Notes: generated by a model from the letters alone, not told the origin. A stretch of 64,000 bases of DNA from an uncultured bacterium (GCA_963801165.1 CAWDDT010000004.1:512001-576000), one strand, 5' to 3'. Counted from the first letter of the stretch, positions 19,041 through 27,922 are shown. Made by a program: numbers and translations.

Positions 19041-19679
19041 GTGTATGACGAACAGCATTCTGACCTCGAGCCCTCAAGGGCAAGCGTCGACCTGTACTGG
19101 ATTCCGCTCGGCGCAGGCGGTGCCGGCTTTGTTCGGTTCAACGGACGGGTGTACGAGGCCATCAAGGCTCGCGCAGAGCGGCGGAGGGCTCTCGATCTCT
19201 GTCACACGGCACTCGAGGTGCGGGTGCCTGCGGGGCGTTTCACAATCGAGAATGCATGGCCCAGCCCGGACAGCGACACCCGATCGCGAGGGGTGGTGCT
19301 CGAAGGCCCTGTCGGCGCTCGCTGGAACGCCCGCTTCCGAGCGCTTCGATACGAAGTGCGGTGCTGGCGCGACGGCATCATCCCCGACGCCGGTGAGGCG
19401 GTAGGGGGTCCGCAACATCTCAGCAACGATCCAATCCGGGCCCAGCGTCTTGTCGATCTGGTCGCCTCAGTGCCGCTACTCGCCTGGGGCCGGGACGAGC
19501 TGAGATGTGGAGACATGTGGAATTCGAACTCCGTGATTTCGTGGCTGCTGGCTCGTAGCGGGCTTCCGGTCGATGAGATTCATCCCCCTGTCGGTAAGCG
19601 CGCACCAGGATGGGAGGCAGGCAGGGTCGCGGCCCACCTCGGTGAGCAGGTCGAGCGCATCGCCCGACACGTCAAATGA
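19041..19679 (+). CDS. Hypothetical protein, possibly permuted papain-like fold
   Basis: DLYWIPLGAG, HTALEV, WNSNSVISWLL, APGW. Confidence 0.6.
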   Translation: MYDEQHSDLEPSRASVDLYWIPLGAGGAGFVRFNGRVYEAIKARAERRRALDLCHTALEVRVPAGRFTIENAWPSPDSDTRSRGVVLEGPVGARWNARFRALRYEVRCWRDGIIPDAGEAVGGPQHLSNDPIRAQRLVDLVASVPLLAWGRDELRCGDMWNSNSVISWLLARSGLPVDEIHPPVGKRAPGWEAGRVAAHLGEQVERIARHVK

Positions 19680-19729
19680 GCACCGACGCCAGCTCTAGCC
19701 CGTTCTGGCGTGACGGTCCGCACCCTTCG

Positions 19730-19950
19730 TCATACCAATAGAGGATCGGTGAGAATCTCAACGAGGGCCGGGCCTTGTGAGCGAGCGCCTCCGCCAGGGA
19801 AGCGCTGAGATCGTTCTTGCTCTCGACTCGCAAACCCATAGCCCCGCAGGATCGAGCAAACGCCGCCAAAATCGGGATTCGTCAACGATGCCTGCCACAC
19901 GTCGTACTCCGCCGAGCGCTGCTCTTTGCTGATCTTGCCCAACTCATCTG
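19730..19950 (-). pseudogene. Frameshifted C-terminal relic of a thiamine-pyrophosphate-dependent enzyme (pyruvate oxidase-like)
   Basis: ELGKISKEQR...WQASLTNPDF / AAFARSCGAMGLRV...LAEALAH / GPALVEILTDPLLV split across reading frames. Confidence 0.7.
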
Positions 19951-20015
19951 CTGCACTCCGGCACCAAATTCCTCGGCGGCCGATCGGTGACAAGCGGCTC
20001 CGGTCGCACGATTCG

Positions 20016-20280
20016 CTTGGGGAGATCGATGGCGACGTCCTCTACGGTCTCGGAGCCGCCGACATGAAGGCTGGGCTGGTGGCTGCGGTCAAAGCGTTCA
20101 CCGAGCTGGCCACCGGAGCTCGTGATTTCGCCGGTGAGGTGCGGGGTGCCGCCACGCTGGTGTTCGGCCCCGGTGATGTCGCACATGCCTACGCGGTCGA
20201 TGAGCGAGTGAGCCTCCGTCAGGCCGGGCAGGTCGGCGAAGTGTTGGCAGCAGTGGCAGCGATTGCTCGTATCGCCATGA
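20016..20280 (+). pseudogene. Internally deleted M20 (ArgE/DapE) metallopeptidase relic
   Basis: GDVLYGLGAADMKAG (N-terminal metal site) joined directly to VFGPGD..HA.AVDERV (C-terminal motif). Confidence 0.7.
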
Positions 20281-20289
20281 AGGCCCGCT

Positions 20290-20338
20290 TTTTGGCGCCG
20301 ATTTCCGCCGCCATGTATTCCGGTCCCGGACGCCAGAG
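20290..20338. repeat. Second, degenerate REP-like palindrome
   Basis: TTTTGGCGCC...TTCCGGTCCCGGACGCCAGA; last 20 bp identical to 8937-8956. Confidence 0.6.
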
Positions 20339-20419
20339 ACTGTTGACCGTTCGCTGAGTTTGCGTTGCAAACCCAAAACCTCGGCGAAGCTGAGGCGGCT
20401 ACACTTGCGTCTCGCCTTC

Positions 20420-20496
20420 GGGGGTGTAGCTCAGCTCGGCAGAGCGCCACGTTCGCAACGTGGAAGTCAGGGGTTCAAATCCCCTCACCTCCACCA
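20420..20496 (+). tRNA. tRNA-Ala (anticodon CGC)
   Basis: Cloverleaf, G3:U70 pair, CCACG-TT-CGC-AA-CGTGG anticodon arm, GGTTCAAATCC, encoded CCA. Confidence 0.97.
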
Positions 20497-20526
20497 AGGG
20501 ACCGTCCTATTCGGCCGGTCCCTTTT
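20497..20526 (+). terminator. Intrinsic terminator after tRNA-Ala
   Basis: AGGGACCG...CGGTCCCT followed by a T-tract. Confidence 0.8.
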
Positions 20527-20587
20527 CTTGGCTTCGCCGTCGCCGGGCTGCCACGATGAGCACGTCGTTTCGCAACTGGAGGAATGT

Positions 20588-20902
20588 ATGTGGCTGTTTG
20601 CGGTGGTGGCCGGTCTAGTCGCAGCTGTGGTGGACACGGCAGTCATGATCCCGCTCGAGTTTCCAACAGGCGCTGAGAAAAGAGAGGCAATGACGGCGGC
20701 CTTCGTCGAGCGCTTCGTCCTCGGCTTCGTGATCGGTCCCGTCGCGGCCGGTCTCGATGTCAACGGCGTTGCCATTGGCGCGGCCCTCGGTCTCGCCGCC
20801 AGTCTCGGGCCTGCCATCATCACCAAGACCTGGGCGCCGATTCTCGCCATGGGTCTGGTCACCGGCCTTGGTGTCGGGATCGCATACCAGCTGGTCTACT
20901 GA
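20588..20902 (+). CDS. Small 4-TM hypothetical membrane protein
   Basis: GGAGG RBS, four hydrophobic helices. Confidence 0.7.
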   Translation: MWLFAVVAGLVAAVVDTAVMIPLEFPTGAEKREAMTAAFVERFVLGFVIGPVAAGLDVNGVAIGAALGLAASLGPAIITKTWAPILAMGLVTGLGVGIAYQLVY

Positions 20903-20978
20903 AGAAGGACCGGCGTCCGGCGGTGCCCACATGTCACACCGCCCGGGTAGGTTGGATCGCAACGGATCCGGGGGTGTG

Positions 20979-21254
20979 ATGAGCCAGTCTGCCGATGAGC
21001 AGGTCGATAGAGCGAAGGAACAGTTGGAGCCGGTGCGTGACGATTGGCTACGCCGCGCCGGGGTGACCGGGATCGACATCGGGTTCCTCTGGCAGGGCTC
21101 GACCATGTCGGACCAGGTGGGGATCCGGGTCAAGGTGGAGAAGCTTCTGGAGCCGGGGGACATACCGGAAGGAGAGCTCTTCCCCAGGTATCTCGGGGAT
21201 GTTCGGGTCCAGGTCCGCGAGGAGTCGGCGATGGGTCCCCAGCCCGGCGGCTGA
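20979..21254 (+). CDS. Stand-alone paralogue of the N-terminal domain of the downstream protease
   Basis: DWLRRAGVTGIDIGF...IRVKVE...ELFP..LGD..VQV.E aligns by eye with the first ~100 residues of the next gene. Confidence 0.75.
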   Translation: MSQSADEQVDRAKEQLEPVRDDWLRRAGVTGIDIGFLWQGSTMSDQVGIRVKVEKLLEPGDIPEGELFPRYLGDVRVQVREESAMGPQPGG

Positions 21255-21318
21255 TCCGAGCACCTGTATTTCCGGGAACCGACGACTGTCTACTACTGGT
21301 GACGAGGAGGGGAATCCC

Positions 21319-22574
21319 ATGCCAAGAAAGCCGGCAGACAAAAGAATCGAAGAAGCAACGGAGTTGCTGCGTCAGCGGCGAAGTGATTGGCTGCGACGCC
21401 CCGGGGTGACCGCCGTCGACGTCGGGTTCAAGATCTCGGAACGCGAGATCACAAGCACCCTCGCCGTGCGAGTTCACGTTGAGCGCAAGAAGCCGCTTGC
21501 CGAACTCGAGGACTACGAGATCTTCAACGTGTCCCAGGCCGACGCGACCGCCAAGAACAAGCCAAAGAAGGTCGGGGATTTCCCCGTGGATGTCCTGGAG
21601 GCGACCTACGTTCCTGCACAAAGGGTGATTGTTGACCCGGAGAACGTCGCCGCCGTCAACGAGGCCATCGACCGCACCGGGGTGGTTACGCCGCTAATCG
21701 GCGGGATCAGCTGTGGCAATGCCCGGGTGACCGCAGGCACTCTCGCCGCCATTGTCTTCAATCGCACTGATGGTTCCCCGCAAATCCTGAGCAACTGGCA
21801 CGTGCTGGCGGGGAGTTCCGACGCGGCCGCGGGCGAAGAGATCTGGCAGCCGGGACGGGTCGATGGCGGCAACTCATCGCACCTGGTTGCCCGGTTGGCG
21901 AAGTGGCGGCTCAACAAGGACATGGACGCCGCCGTCGCCAAGCTCACCGGTGACCGCGACTACGTGCGCGACATCATCGGTCTCCACCCCGTGTCCGGAA
22001 TGGAGGGGGCTCAGCTCGGGATGAATGTGGTGAAGTCGGGGAGAACCACAGGCAACACCGAAGGAATCGTCGACGGAGTCAGCTTGTCGACCTCGATCAA
22101 CTACGGCGGCTCGACCGGAACCGTGGCGTTTCGCGACATGATGCACATTGTGCCCCGTCCCCCGTGGCCCAGTGTCGACTACGAGGTGTCGGCGGGTGGC
22201 GACTCGGGATCGGTGTGGATCAACGAGGGCACCGGCAAGGCAATCGGTCTTCACTTCGCCGGTGAGACCGATGCGTCTCCTACCGCGGAGAATGCGATCG
22301 CCTGCCCGATCATCCCCGTGGCCGATGCGCTCGACTTCTCGTTCCTACCGGTTGTCGCCCCAACCCCGCCAACACAGCCACCGCCACCCCGCCTCCTCCT
22401 CCGGCACGTCCGCCCCGGGACACGCTGCGCGACATCATTTGCCGAATACTGCCGTTCCTGTGCGGGTCAGGTTCGCAAACGGCGGCATCCGGGCCGGTTA
22501 CCCAGGGCGGTCGCGATCTTGTCGACATGATCATCGACGCCATCTACGAGGACATCGCCGACAACCAGAAGTAG
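21319..22574 (+). CDS. Nal1-like trypsin-fold serine protease, no signal peptide; apparent -1 frameshift near 22388
   Basis: GAGGAGG RBS; GTL, LSNWHVL (His), QPG..DGG, DAAVA (Asp), GGDSGS (Ser), GLHFAG; annotated frame stops at 22530, alternative frame ends 22574 abutting the next gene. Confidence 0.85.
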
Positions 22575-23351
22575 CTAGTCCTGGAAGAAGCCCTGCTTTT
22601 TCAGGTAGTCGAGCACGGTCCTGGTATAGCGGGCGTGGCCTTCCCGGGTGTACTTGAGCTCGGTGTAGATCTGGGCGAGGTTCTCCACCCCTTGTTCCTC
22701 GACGAGCCTGCGGAGACGGGGGATGTTCATGTAGCGATCCCAGCCGGTCTGGTCGCGATCCCGGTAGATCTCTCGGATCTCATCGTCGGAATGATCGTGG
22801 TATACGTCATGGTGCACGAGACCCGCAAGCGGGAGCCGATCTCTCTGCTGCGGGTCTTCATCGGGCCAACCGAGGACGAAACCGACCACAGGCACGACAC
22901 CCTCGGGAAGCTCGAGGATCTCTCCGACCTGGTCGGCGTTGGCAAGGGTCGAGCCCATGTAGCACACACCCAAACCGAGCGCTTCGGCAGCAATAGCCGC
23001 CGTCTGCGAAACCAGCACGGCATCGATTGCCGCCACCAGGAATGCGAAGAAGTCGTCGAAGTTGTCCGGTGCGTCGTTGAGACGCAACCACTTGCGCATA
23101 CGGCGGAAGTCGGCGCAGAAGGTGACCACGAGCGGTGCTTGCCGCACCATTTCCTGCTCCATGTGTGCCCGGTAGAGACGCTCGCGCAGGGCGTCGCCGG
23201 CGGTGACAACGATCGAGTAGGTCTGCATGTTTCCCGACGACGAAGCCCGGATCCCGGCGTTGAGGATCTCATCCACGAGATCCTGTGGAACCGGGTCGGG
23301 CCTGAACCGGCGAATCGAGCGATGGCGATGGATCACATCGAAGACGTTCAT
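22575..23351 (-). CDS. Nitroreductase family protein (NfsA/NfrA-like)
   Basis: HRSIRRF, ASSSGNMQTYS, AEALGLG.CY.G, RLP. Confidence 0.9.
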   Translation of the reverse strand: MNVFDVIHRHRSIRRFRPDPVPQDLVDEILNAGIRASSSGNMQTYSIVVTAGDALRERLYRAHMEQEMVRQAPLVVTFCADFRRMRKWLRLNDAPDNFDDFFAFLVAAIDAVLVSQTAAIAAEALGLGVCYMGSTLANADQVGEILELPEGVVPVVGFVLGWPDEDPQQRDRLPLAGLVHHDVYHDHSDDEIREIYRDRDQTGWDRYMNIPRLRRLVEEQGVENLAQIYTELKYTREGHARYTRTVLDYLKKQGFFQD

Positions 23352-23385
23352 GGCGGCGGAATGGTAGGCGAGATAACCAATATCG

Positions 23386-23418
23386 AATTAGGCGGAGTGA
23401 ACAACAAAAGAGTAGTGT
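23386..23418 (+). promoter_or_regulatory. Possible ROK/XylR-type operator and -10 upstream of xylA
   Basis: AT-rich TTAG...AACAACAAAA imperfect dyad followed by TAGTGT. Confidence 0.35.
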
Positions 23419-23455
23419 ATAGGCAGCAAACCCTGAGCCGAGGAAGGTGTCCTAC

Positions 23456-24790
23456 ATGGCCGAGTTCTTCACCGACGTTGTCGAGCCGATCCGCTACGAG
23501 GGTTCGGACACCGACAACCCGCTCGCCTTCCGCGTCTACGACCCGGATCGCATCGTCGCCGGGAAACGGCTGGAGGACCACCTGCGAATCGCCGTGTGCT
23601 ACTGGCATTCCTTCACCTGGCCGGGTTCTGACATCTTCGGAGAAGGCACCTTCGATCGGCCGTGGCTGAAGAGCCCGGGCGACCCGATGGCGGCGGCTCG
23701 TGCCAAGATGGACGCGGCCTTCGAGTTCTTCTCGAAGCTCGGCACCCCCTTCTTCTGCTTCCACGATCGTGACATCGCACCCGACGGAGCCGACTACAAA
23801 GAGACGGTCGCCAACCTGCACGCCATGGTCGACTATGCGGCCGAGAAGATGGAGCAGACCGGAGTGCGGCTGCTCTGGGGGACGGCCAACCTCTTCAGCC
23901 ACCCGCGGTTCGCTGCGGGCGCCGCCACCAACCCGAACCCCGAAGCCTATGCGTTTGCGGCTTCCCAGGTGCGTCACGCCCTCGAAGCAACCAAGCGACT
24001 CAATGGCGAGAGCTACGTTCTCTGGGGCGGCCGGGAGGGCTACGACACCCTGCTGAACACGGACCTGAAGCAAGAGGGCGCGCAGCTCGCTCGCTTCCTC
24101 GAGATGGTCGCCGACCACAAGAGGAAGATCGGGTTCGACGGGCAGCTGTTTATCGAGCCCAAGCCGCAGGAACCGACCAAGCACCAGTACGACTATGACG
24201 TCGCCACGGTTCACGGGTTCCTCGAGAGGTTCGATCTCGTGGACGAGTACAAGGTCAACATCGAGGCCAACCACGCGACCCTCGCCGGGCACAGCTTCCA
24301 CCATGAGGTCGCCTATGCGGTGCAGCATGGTGTCTTCGGCAGCGTCGACGCCAACCGCGGCGACCCGCAAAACGGGTGGGACACCGATCAGTTCCCCAAC
24401 TCGGTTGAAGACCTGGTGATGCCTCTCCACGAGATCTTCGGTGCCGGCGGCTTCAAGAGAGGCGGCTTCAACTTCGACACCAAGCTGCGCCGCCAGAGCA
24501 TGGACCGGACCGACCTGTTCCACGGTCATATCGGCGGTATCGACACGCTGGCGAAGGCCACCCTCGTCGCTCTCGACATGCTGGAGAAGGACACCCTGCT
24601 CGAGGCGCGGCGTCAGCGATACGCCGGCTGGAGCGGTGAGCTTGGCCGGTACATCTTGTCGCCCGACTCCTCACTGGAGGCGCTGAGCGACAAGGTGTAC
24701 AACGACGGGATCGATCCGGCACCGGTGTCGGGGAGACAGGAGGCGCTCGAGAACCTGGTCAACAGAGCGATCTGGTCGGAGCGTTCGTAG
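23456..24790 (+). CDS. xylA: Xylose isomerase (class II)
   Basis: [47 protein letters not shown]. Confidence 0.97.
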   Translation: MAEFFTDVVEPIRYEGSDTDNPLAFRVYDPDRIVAGKRLEDHLRIAVCYWHSFTWPGSDIFGEGTFDRPWLKSPGDPMAAARAKMDAAFEFFSKLGTPFFCFHDRDIAPDGADYKETVANLHAMVDYAAEKMEQTGVRLLWGTANLFSHPRFAAGAATNPNPEAYAFAASQVRHALEATKRLNGESYVLWGGREGYDTLLNTDLKQEGAQLARFLEMVADHKRKIGFDGQLFIEPKPQEPTKHQYDYDVATVHGFLERFDLVDEYKVNIEANHATLAGHSFHHEVAYAVQHGVFGSVDANRGDPQNGWDTDQFPNSVEDLVMPLHEIFGAGGFKRGGFNFDTKLRRQSMDRTDLFHGHIGGIDTLAKATLVALDMLEKDTLLEARRQRYAGWSGELGRYILSPDSSLEALSDKVYNDGIDPAPVSGRQEALENLVNRAIWSERS

Positions 24791-24877
24791 CAAAACTCCA
24801 GCCGATCGGGTCCCCGGCCGATGACGTGAGTCATGGCAAACCCTGCAATATCGCTGATGCGGTACGCTCATCGCCTG

Positions 24878-26296
24878 ATGAGAGGCACACCCACCAAGCT
24901 CGCACGCTTTGGCGCGCTCTTCATCGCTGTGCTGTTGTTGGCGACCGGCTGCTCCTTTGTGACCGGGAGCGATAGCACCGGGGCGCCTACGACGACAATC
25001 GCGGACACGGCGCCGAGCGGCGAGACGACGACTACAGCGTCGGCGACGACGACTCCGACCGAATCGACGACTGCCCCGGACTCGACCGCCGCCCCGACCG
25101 TGACAGTAGGCGCCGGCGTCGATCCGGAGGTGGCCGACAGGCTCGTCGGCGAGGTCGATGACCTGATCACCGCCACAGAACAGCTGCGCGGCCTGGAATT
25201 CCTCGCCACGCCCACGATCACAATCCTTTCCACCGCCGAGCTGGCCGATCGTGTCGCCGCAGACGTCGCCGATGAGCTCGTCCCTGAGGACCTGGCCGTG
25301 GATACCCGGGTGTACCAGCTCCTGGGGCTTCTAGATCCGGGAGCCAGCCTCGACGACATGCTCGTCGCGCTGTACAGCGAAGGGGTCGCCGGTTTCTACG
25401 ACGGCGATACCGGTGAGCTCGTTATCGGCGGAGAGGCCGCCGATCTCTCGCCGTACACCAAGGATGTGATCGTTCACGAGCTGGTGCACGCTCTCACCGA
25501 CCAGAACTTCATCTTCAACGACGACTATCAGGCGATGTTCGACGAGCAGAGATACGACGAGGCGGCGGCATTCCAGGCACTCATCGAAGGCGACGCCACC
25601 TACTTCCAGTACATCTATCTCCAGGACATGCCGCTGGCCGATCAGGTATCGGCTGCGATGGAAGAGCTCGACCGTTTGCGTGCCGCCCCGTCCTACTCGA
25701 CCACCCCGGGCTGGCTGCTCAACGATCTCTCGTTCCCGTATGAGACCGGGCGCACCTTCGTGGCGGACCTCGTCGAGTCGGGCGGCATCGCCGCCGTCGA
25801 CGAGGCATACACGAACCGGCCCGTATCGACCGAGGTCGTGATGCACCCGGCGCGCTATGAGGGCGGCGAGGAGGTGTTGCCGGTGACCCCACCGGAAATC
25901 ACGATCGACGGGTTCGACACGCTCGAGACCTCGTCGTACGGGGAGTGGGGTCTGCGTCTATTGCTCACGAACGCAGCACCCGGGGTGGCGGTCCAGGCCG
26001 CCAACGGCTGGGGCGGGGACGAATATCAGATTCTCTACGACAACAAAGACGTGGTGCTCGCGCTGGCGTTCAAGGGTGACACCACCGATGATGCGTTCCA
26101 GATGGCAGATGCCCTCCAGGGTTTGGTTGCCTCGCTTGGATTCGGCGAGCCCGTCGCCTCAGGAGGCGGTGTCGCCTACAACGCCGAAGACGGACGGTAC
26201 GCCTATCTCAACAGGATCGGTGACGGCTTCGTCTTCGTGATCTCTACCAGCGCTTCGGCGGGGGCTGCGGCTGTCGATCAGATGCGGGTCCCGTAG
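24878..26296 (+). CDS. Lipoprotein with Thr-rich linker and HExxH zinc-metallopeptidase-like domain
   Basis: ATGC lipobox-like peptide, TTT-rich linker, VHELVHAL and downstream LIEGDA. Confidence 0.75.
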   Translation: MRGTPTKLARFGALFIAVLLLATGCSFVTGSDSTGAPTTTIADTAPSGETTTTASATTTPTESTTAPDSTAAPTVTVGAGVDPEVADRLVGEVDDLITATEQLRGLEFLATPTITILSTAELADRVAADVADELVPEDLAVDTRVYQLLGLLDPGASLDDMLVALYSEGVAGFYDGDTGELVIGGEAADLSPYTKDVIVHELVHALTDQNFIFNDDYQAMFDEQRYDEAAAFQALIEGDATYFQYIYLQDMPLADQVSAAMEELDRLRAAPSYSTTPGWLLNDLSFPYETGRTFVADLVESGGIAAVDEAYTNRPVSTEVVMHPARYEGGEEVLPVTPPEITIDGFDTLETSSYGEWGLRLLLTNAAPGVAVQAANGWGGDEYQILYDNKDVVLALAFKGDTTDDAFQMADALQGLVASLGFGEPVASGGGVAYNAEDGRYAYLNRIGDGFVFVISTSASAGAAAVDQMRVP

Positions 26297-26397
26297 CACG
26301 AGGGTCTTCACCCGGGTTGGGGAATGACGTACGTTCGCCTCATGTTCCGGGCGCGCGCAAACAGCACCGATCGTGTGAGTCGAATCAGCGCGGCGGA

Positions 26398-26481
26398 TCA
26401 GCCGCGACCGGCGTTGGGGCGGCGCCCGTGGTTTGCCTTACTGCGGCGGGCGCGAAGCTTGCGTCGTTTTGCCTTGGCCAT
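26398..26481 (-). CDS. 50S ribosomal protein bL37 (27 aa)
   Basis: MAKAKRRKLRARRSKANHGRRPNAGRG carries the SKANHG(K/R)RPN signature of mycobacterial bL37. Confidence 0.85.
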   Translation of the reverse strand: MAKAKRRKLRARRSKANHGRRPNAGRG

Positions 26482-26503
26482 AAGGCCTGGAAGCGTAGCA
26501 TGC

Positions 26504-26887
26504 TTGCCTGATCCGATCACCCTTGCCTCCCGCGAGGGCACGTGGGATGCGTCACCGGTGGCGATCGCCGGTACCGCCGGGCAGCGTCTTCTCGGGGTCA
26601 AGACGGGTGCAGACCGGGTGCTGCTCCGCACCAGAGCGGTCCACGGGCGTGGCGTGCGGCGCGGGCTACGGCTGGTTGCGATCAACGACGCAGGGGTCGT
26701 CGTTGCGGTCCGGGCGCTCGGTCCGGGTGGGTTTGCCTGGCTTCGCGGGGCAACCTGGGTCCTCGAGCAGCCGCTCGACGCTTCCCAGCCCGCAGTTGGC
26801 ACCCGGTTGGCAATCTATCCTCACCGCTGTGCCCGGACGTCTTCTTCTTTGTGCGACACCGATAGGAAACCTGAGCGACGCCTCTGA
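26504..26887 (+). CDS. DUF192-like hypothetical protein
   Basis: RLLG...LL.TRAVHG.G......V.I...GVV..V..L.P......A.WVLE pattern; start uncertain. Confidence 0.45.
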   Translation: MPDPITLASREGTWDASPVAIAGTAGQRLLGVKTGADRVLLRTRAVHGRGVRRGLRLVAINDAGVVVAVRALGPGGFAWLRGATWVLEQPLDASQPAVGTRLAIYPHRCARTSSSLCDTDRKPERRL

Positions 26888-27656
26888 CCGCTTGCGGACC
26901 GCGTTGCTCTCGGCCGACATGATCTACGCAGAGGACACCCGGCGCGCCGCCAAGCTGCTCCAAGCCCTCGGCGTCTCCACCGGAGTGCGCTCGTACTTTG
27001 TCGGTAACGAGGAGAGACGGGCGATTGAGCTACGGGAGCGGCTCGAGGCCGGGGAGACGGTTGCGGTGATCTCGGACGCCGGGATGCCGGCGATCGCCGA
27101 CCCGGGGCTCACTGCCGTGCGGGCCGCCCTGGCAGCCGACGCAGAGGTGAGCGCCGTCCCCGGACCGAGCGCGGTCACCACTGCTCTCGCCGTGTCCGGT
27201 CTGCCAGCAGAGCGATTCGTCTTCGAGGGGTTCCTGCCCCGAAAGGCCGGTGAGCGCAAGGCTCGATTCAAGGAGTTGGCCGCCGAGACCCGCACCACGG
27301 TTCTGTTCTCGGGGAAAGCACATGTGGTCGCCGATCTCGCGGATCTCGCCAAGAACGTGGGTGGGCACCGCACCATCGTTGTGGCCCGCGAGTTGACGAA
27401 ACTCTATGAGGAGGTCTGGCGGGGCACCCTGAACGAGGCCGTCGCTCACTGGTCGTCACGCGACGTGCGTGGCGAATTCACGCTCGTCCTCGGAGGAGCA
27501 GAACAGGCACGCACCAACATCGACCAGGTCGTGGCCGAAGTGCGCGATGCAGTTGTGACGGGGGAGTCGATGGCCGATGCGGTACGTCGTATCGCGTCGG
27601 AATCAGGGGTCAGCCGCCGACAGCTATACCAGGCTGTGCTAGACGTCCAGGAGTAG
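26829..27656 (+). CDS. rsmI: 16S rRNA (cytidine1402-2'-O)-methyltransferase
   Basis: ATPIGNL.D, AEDTR, SDAGMP.IADPG, PGPSA, FEGFLP, ARELTK. Confidence 0.96.
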   Translation: MPGRLLLCATPIGNLSDASDRLRTALLSADMIYAEDTRRAAKLLQALGVSTGVRSYFVGNEERRAIELRERLEAGETVAVISDAGMPAIADPGLTAVRAALAADAEVSAVPGPSAVTTALAVSGLPAERFVFEGFLPRKAGERKARFKELAAETRTTVLFSGKAHVVADLADLAKNVGGHRTIVVARELTKLYEEVWRGTLNEAVAHWSSRDVRGEFTLVLGGAEQARTNIDQVVAEVRDAVVTGESMADAVRRIASESGVSRRQLYQAVLDVQE

Positions 27657-27685
27657 CCCCGGCGCTCTCGGTTCGGTCGTTTCTA

Positions 27686-27922
27686 TCAACCGGCCAAGGC
27701 GGAGCGGCAATTGGAGCAGACTCCACGTCCCTTGAATTCGCCGACCTCATCAGTCGATCCGCAGAAGACGCAGGTTGCGTCCAGTTTGCGGATGATGATG
27801 GAGTCGCCGTCCACCGAAATGGCGAGTTCATCCCCCTCACGGATATTGAAAAGTCGCCGAGTCTCGGCCGGGACAACAATCCTGCCGAGGTCGTCGATTT
27901 TGCGCACCATTGCGGTGTTCAA
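27686..27922 (-). CDS. abrB: AbrB-type transition-state regulator with C-terminal Cys4 motif
   Basis: GGAGG RBS and TTG start; VRKIDDLGRIVVP.E.RR; CVFC...CSNC. Confidence 0.88.
   Translation of the reverse strand: MNTAMVRKIDDLGRIVVPAETRRLFNIREGDELAISVDGDSIIIRKLDATCVFCGSTDEVGEFKGRGVCSNCRSALAG

Noticed and set aside
20360-20587. ORF extensions overlapping tRNA-Ala, and similar ORFs over tRNA-Gln and tRNA-Leu
   Set aside because: They overlap clear tRNA genes; the true CDS starts at 20588 after a GGAGG RBS
20497-26300. Prophage or integrative element at the tRNA-Ala 3' end
   Set aside because: No duplicated tRNA-Ala 3' end, integrase or phage genes seen; the tRNA terminator is intact
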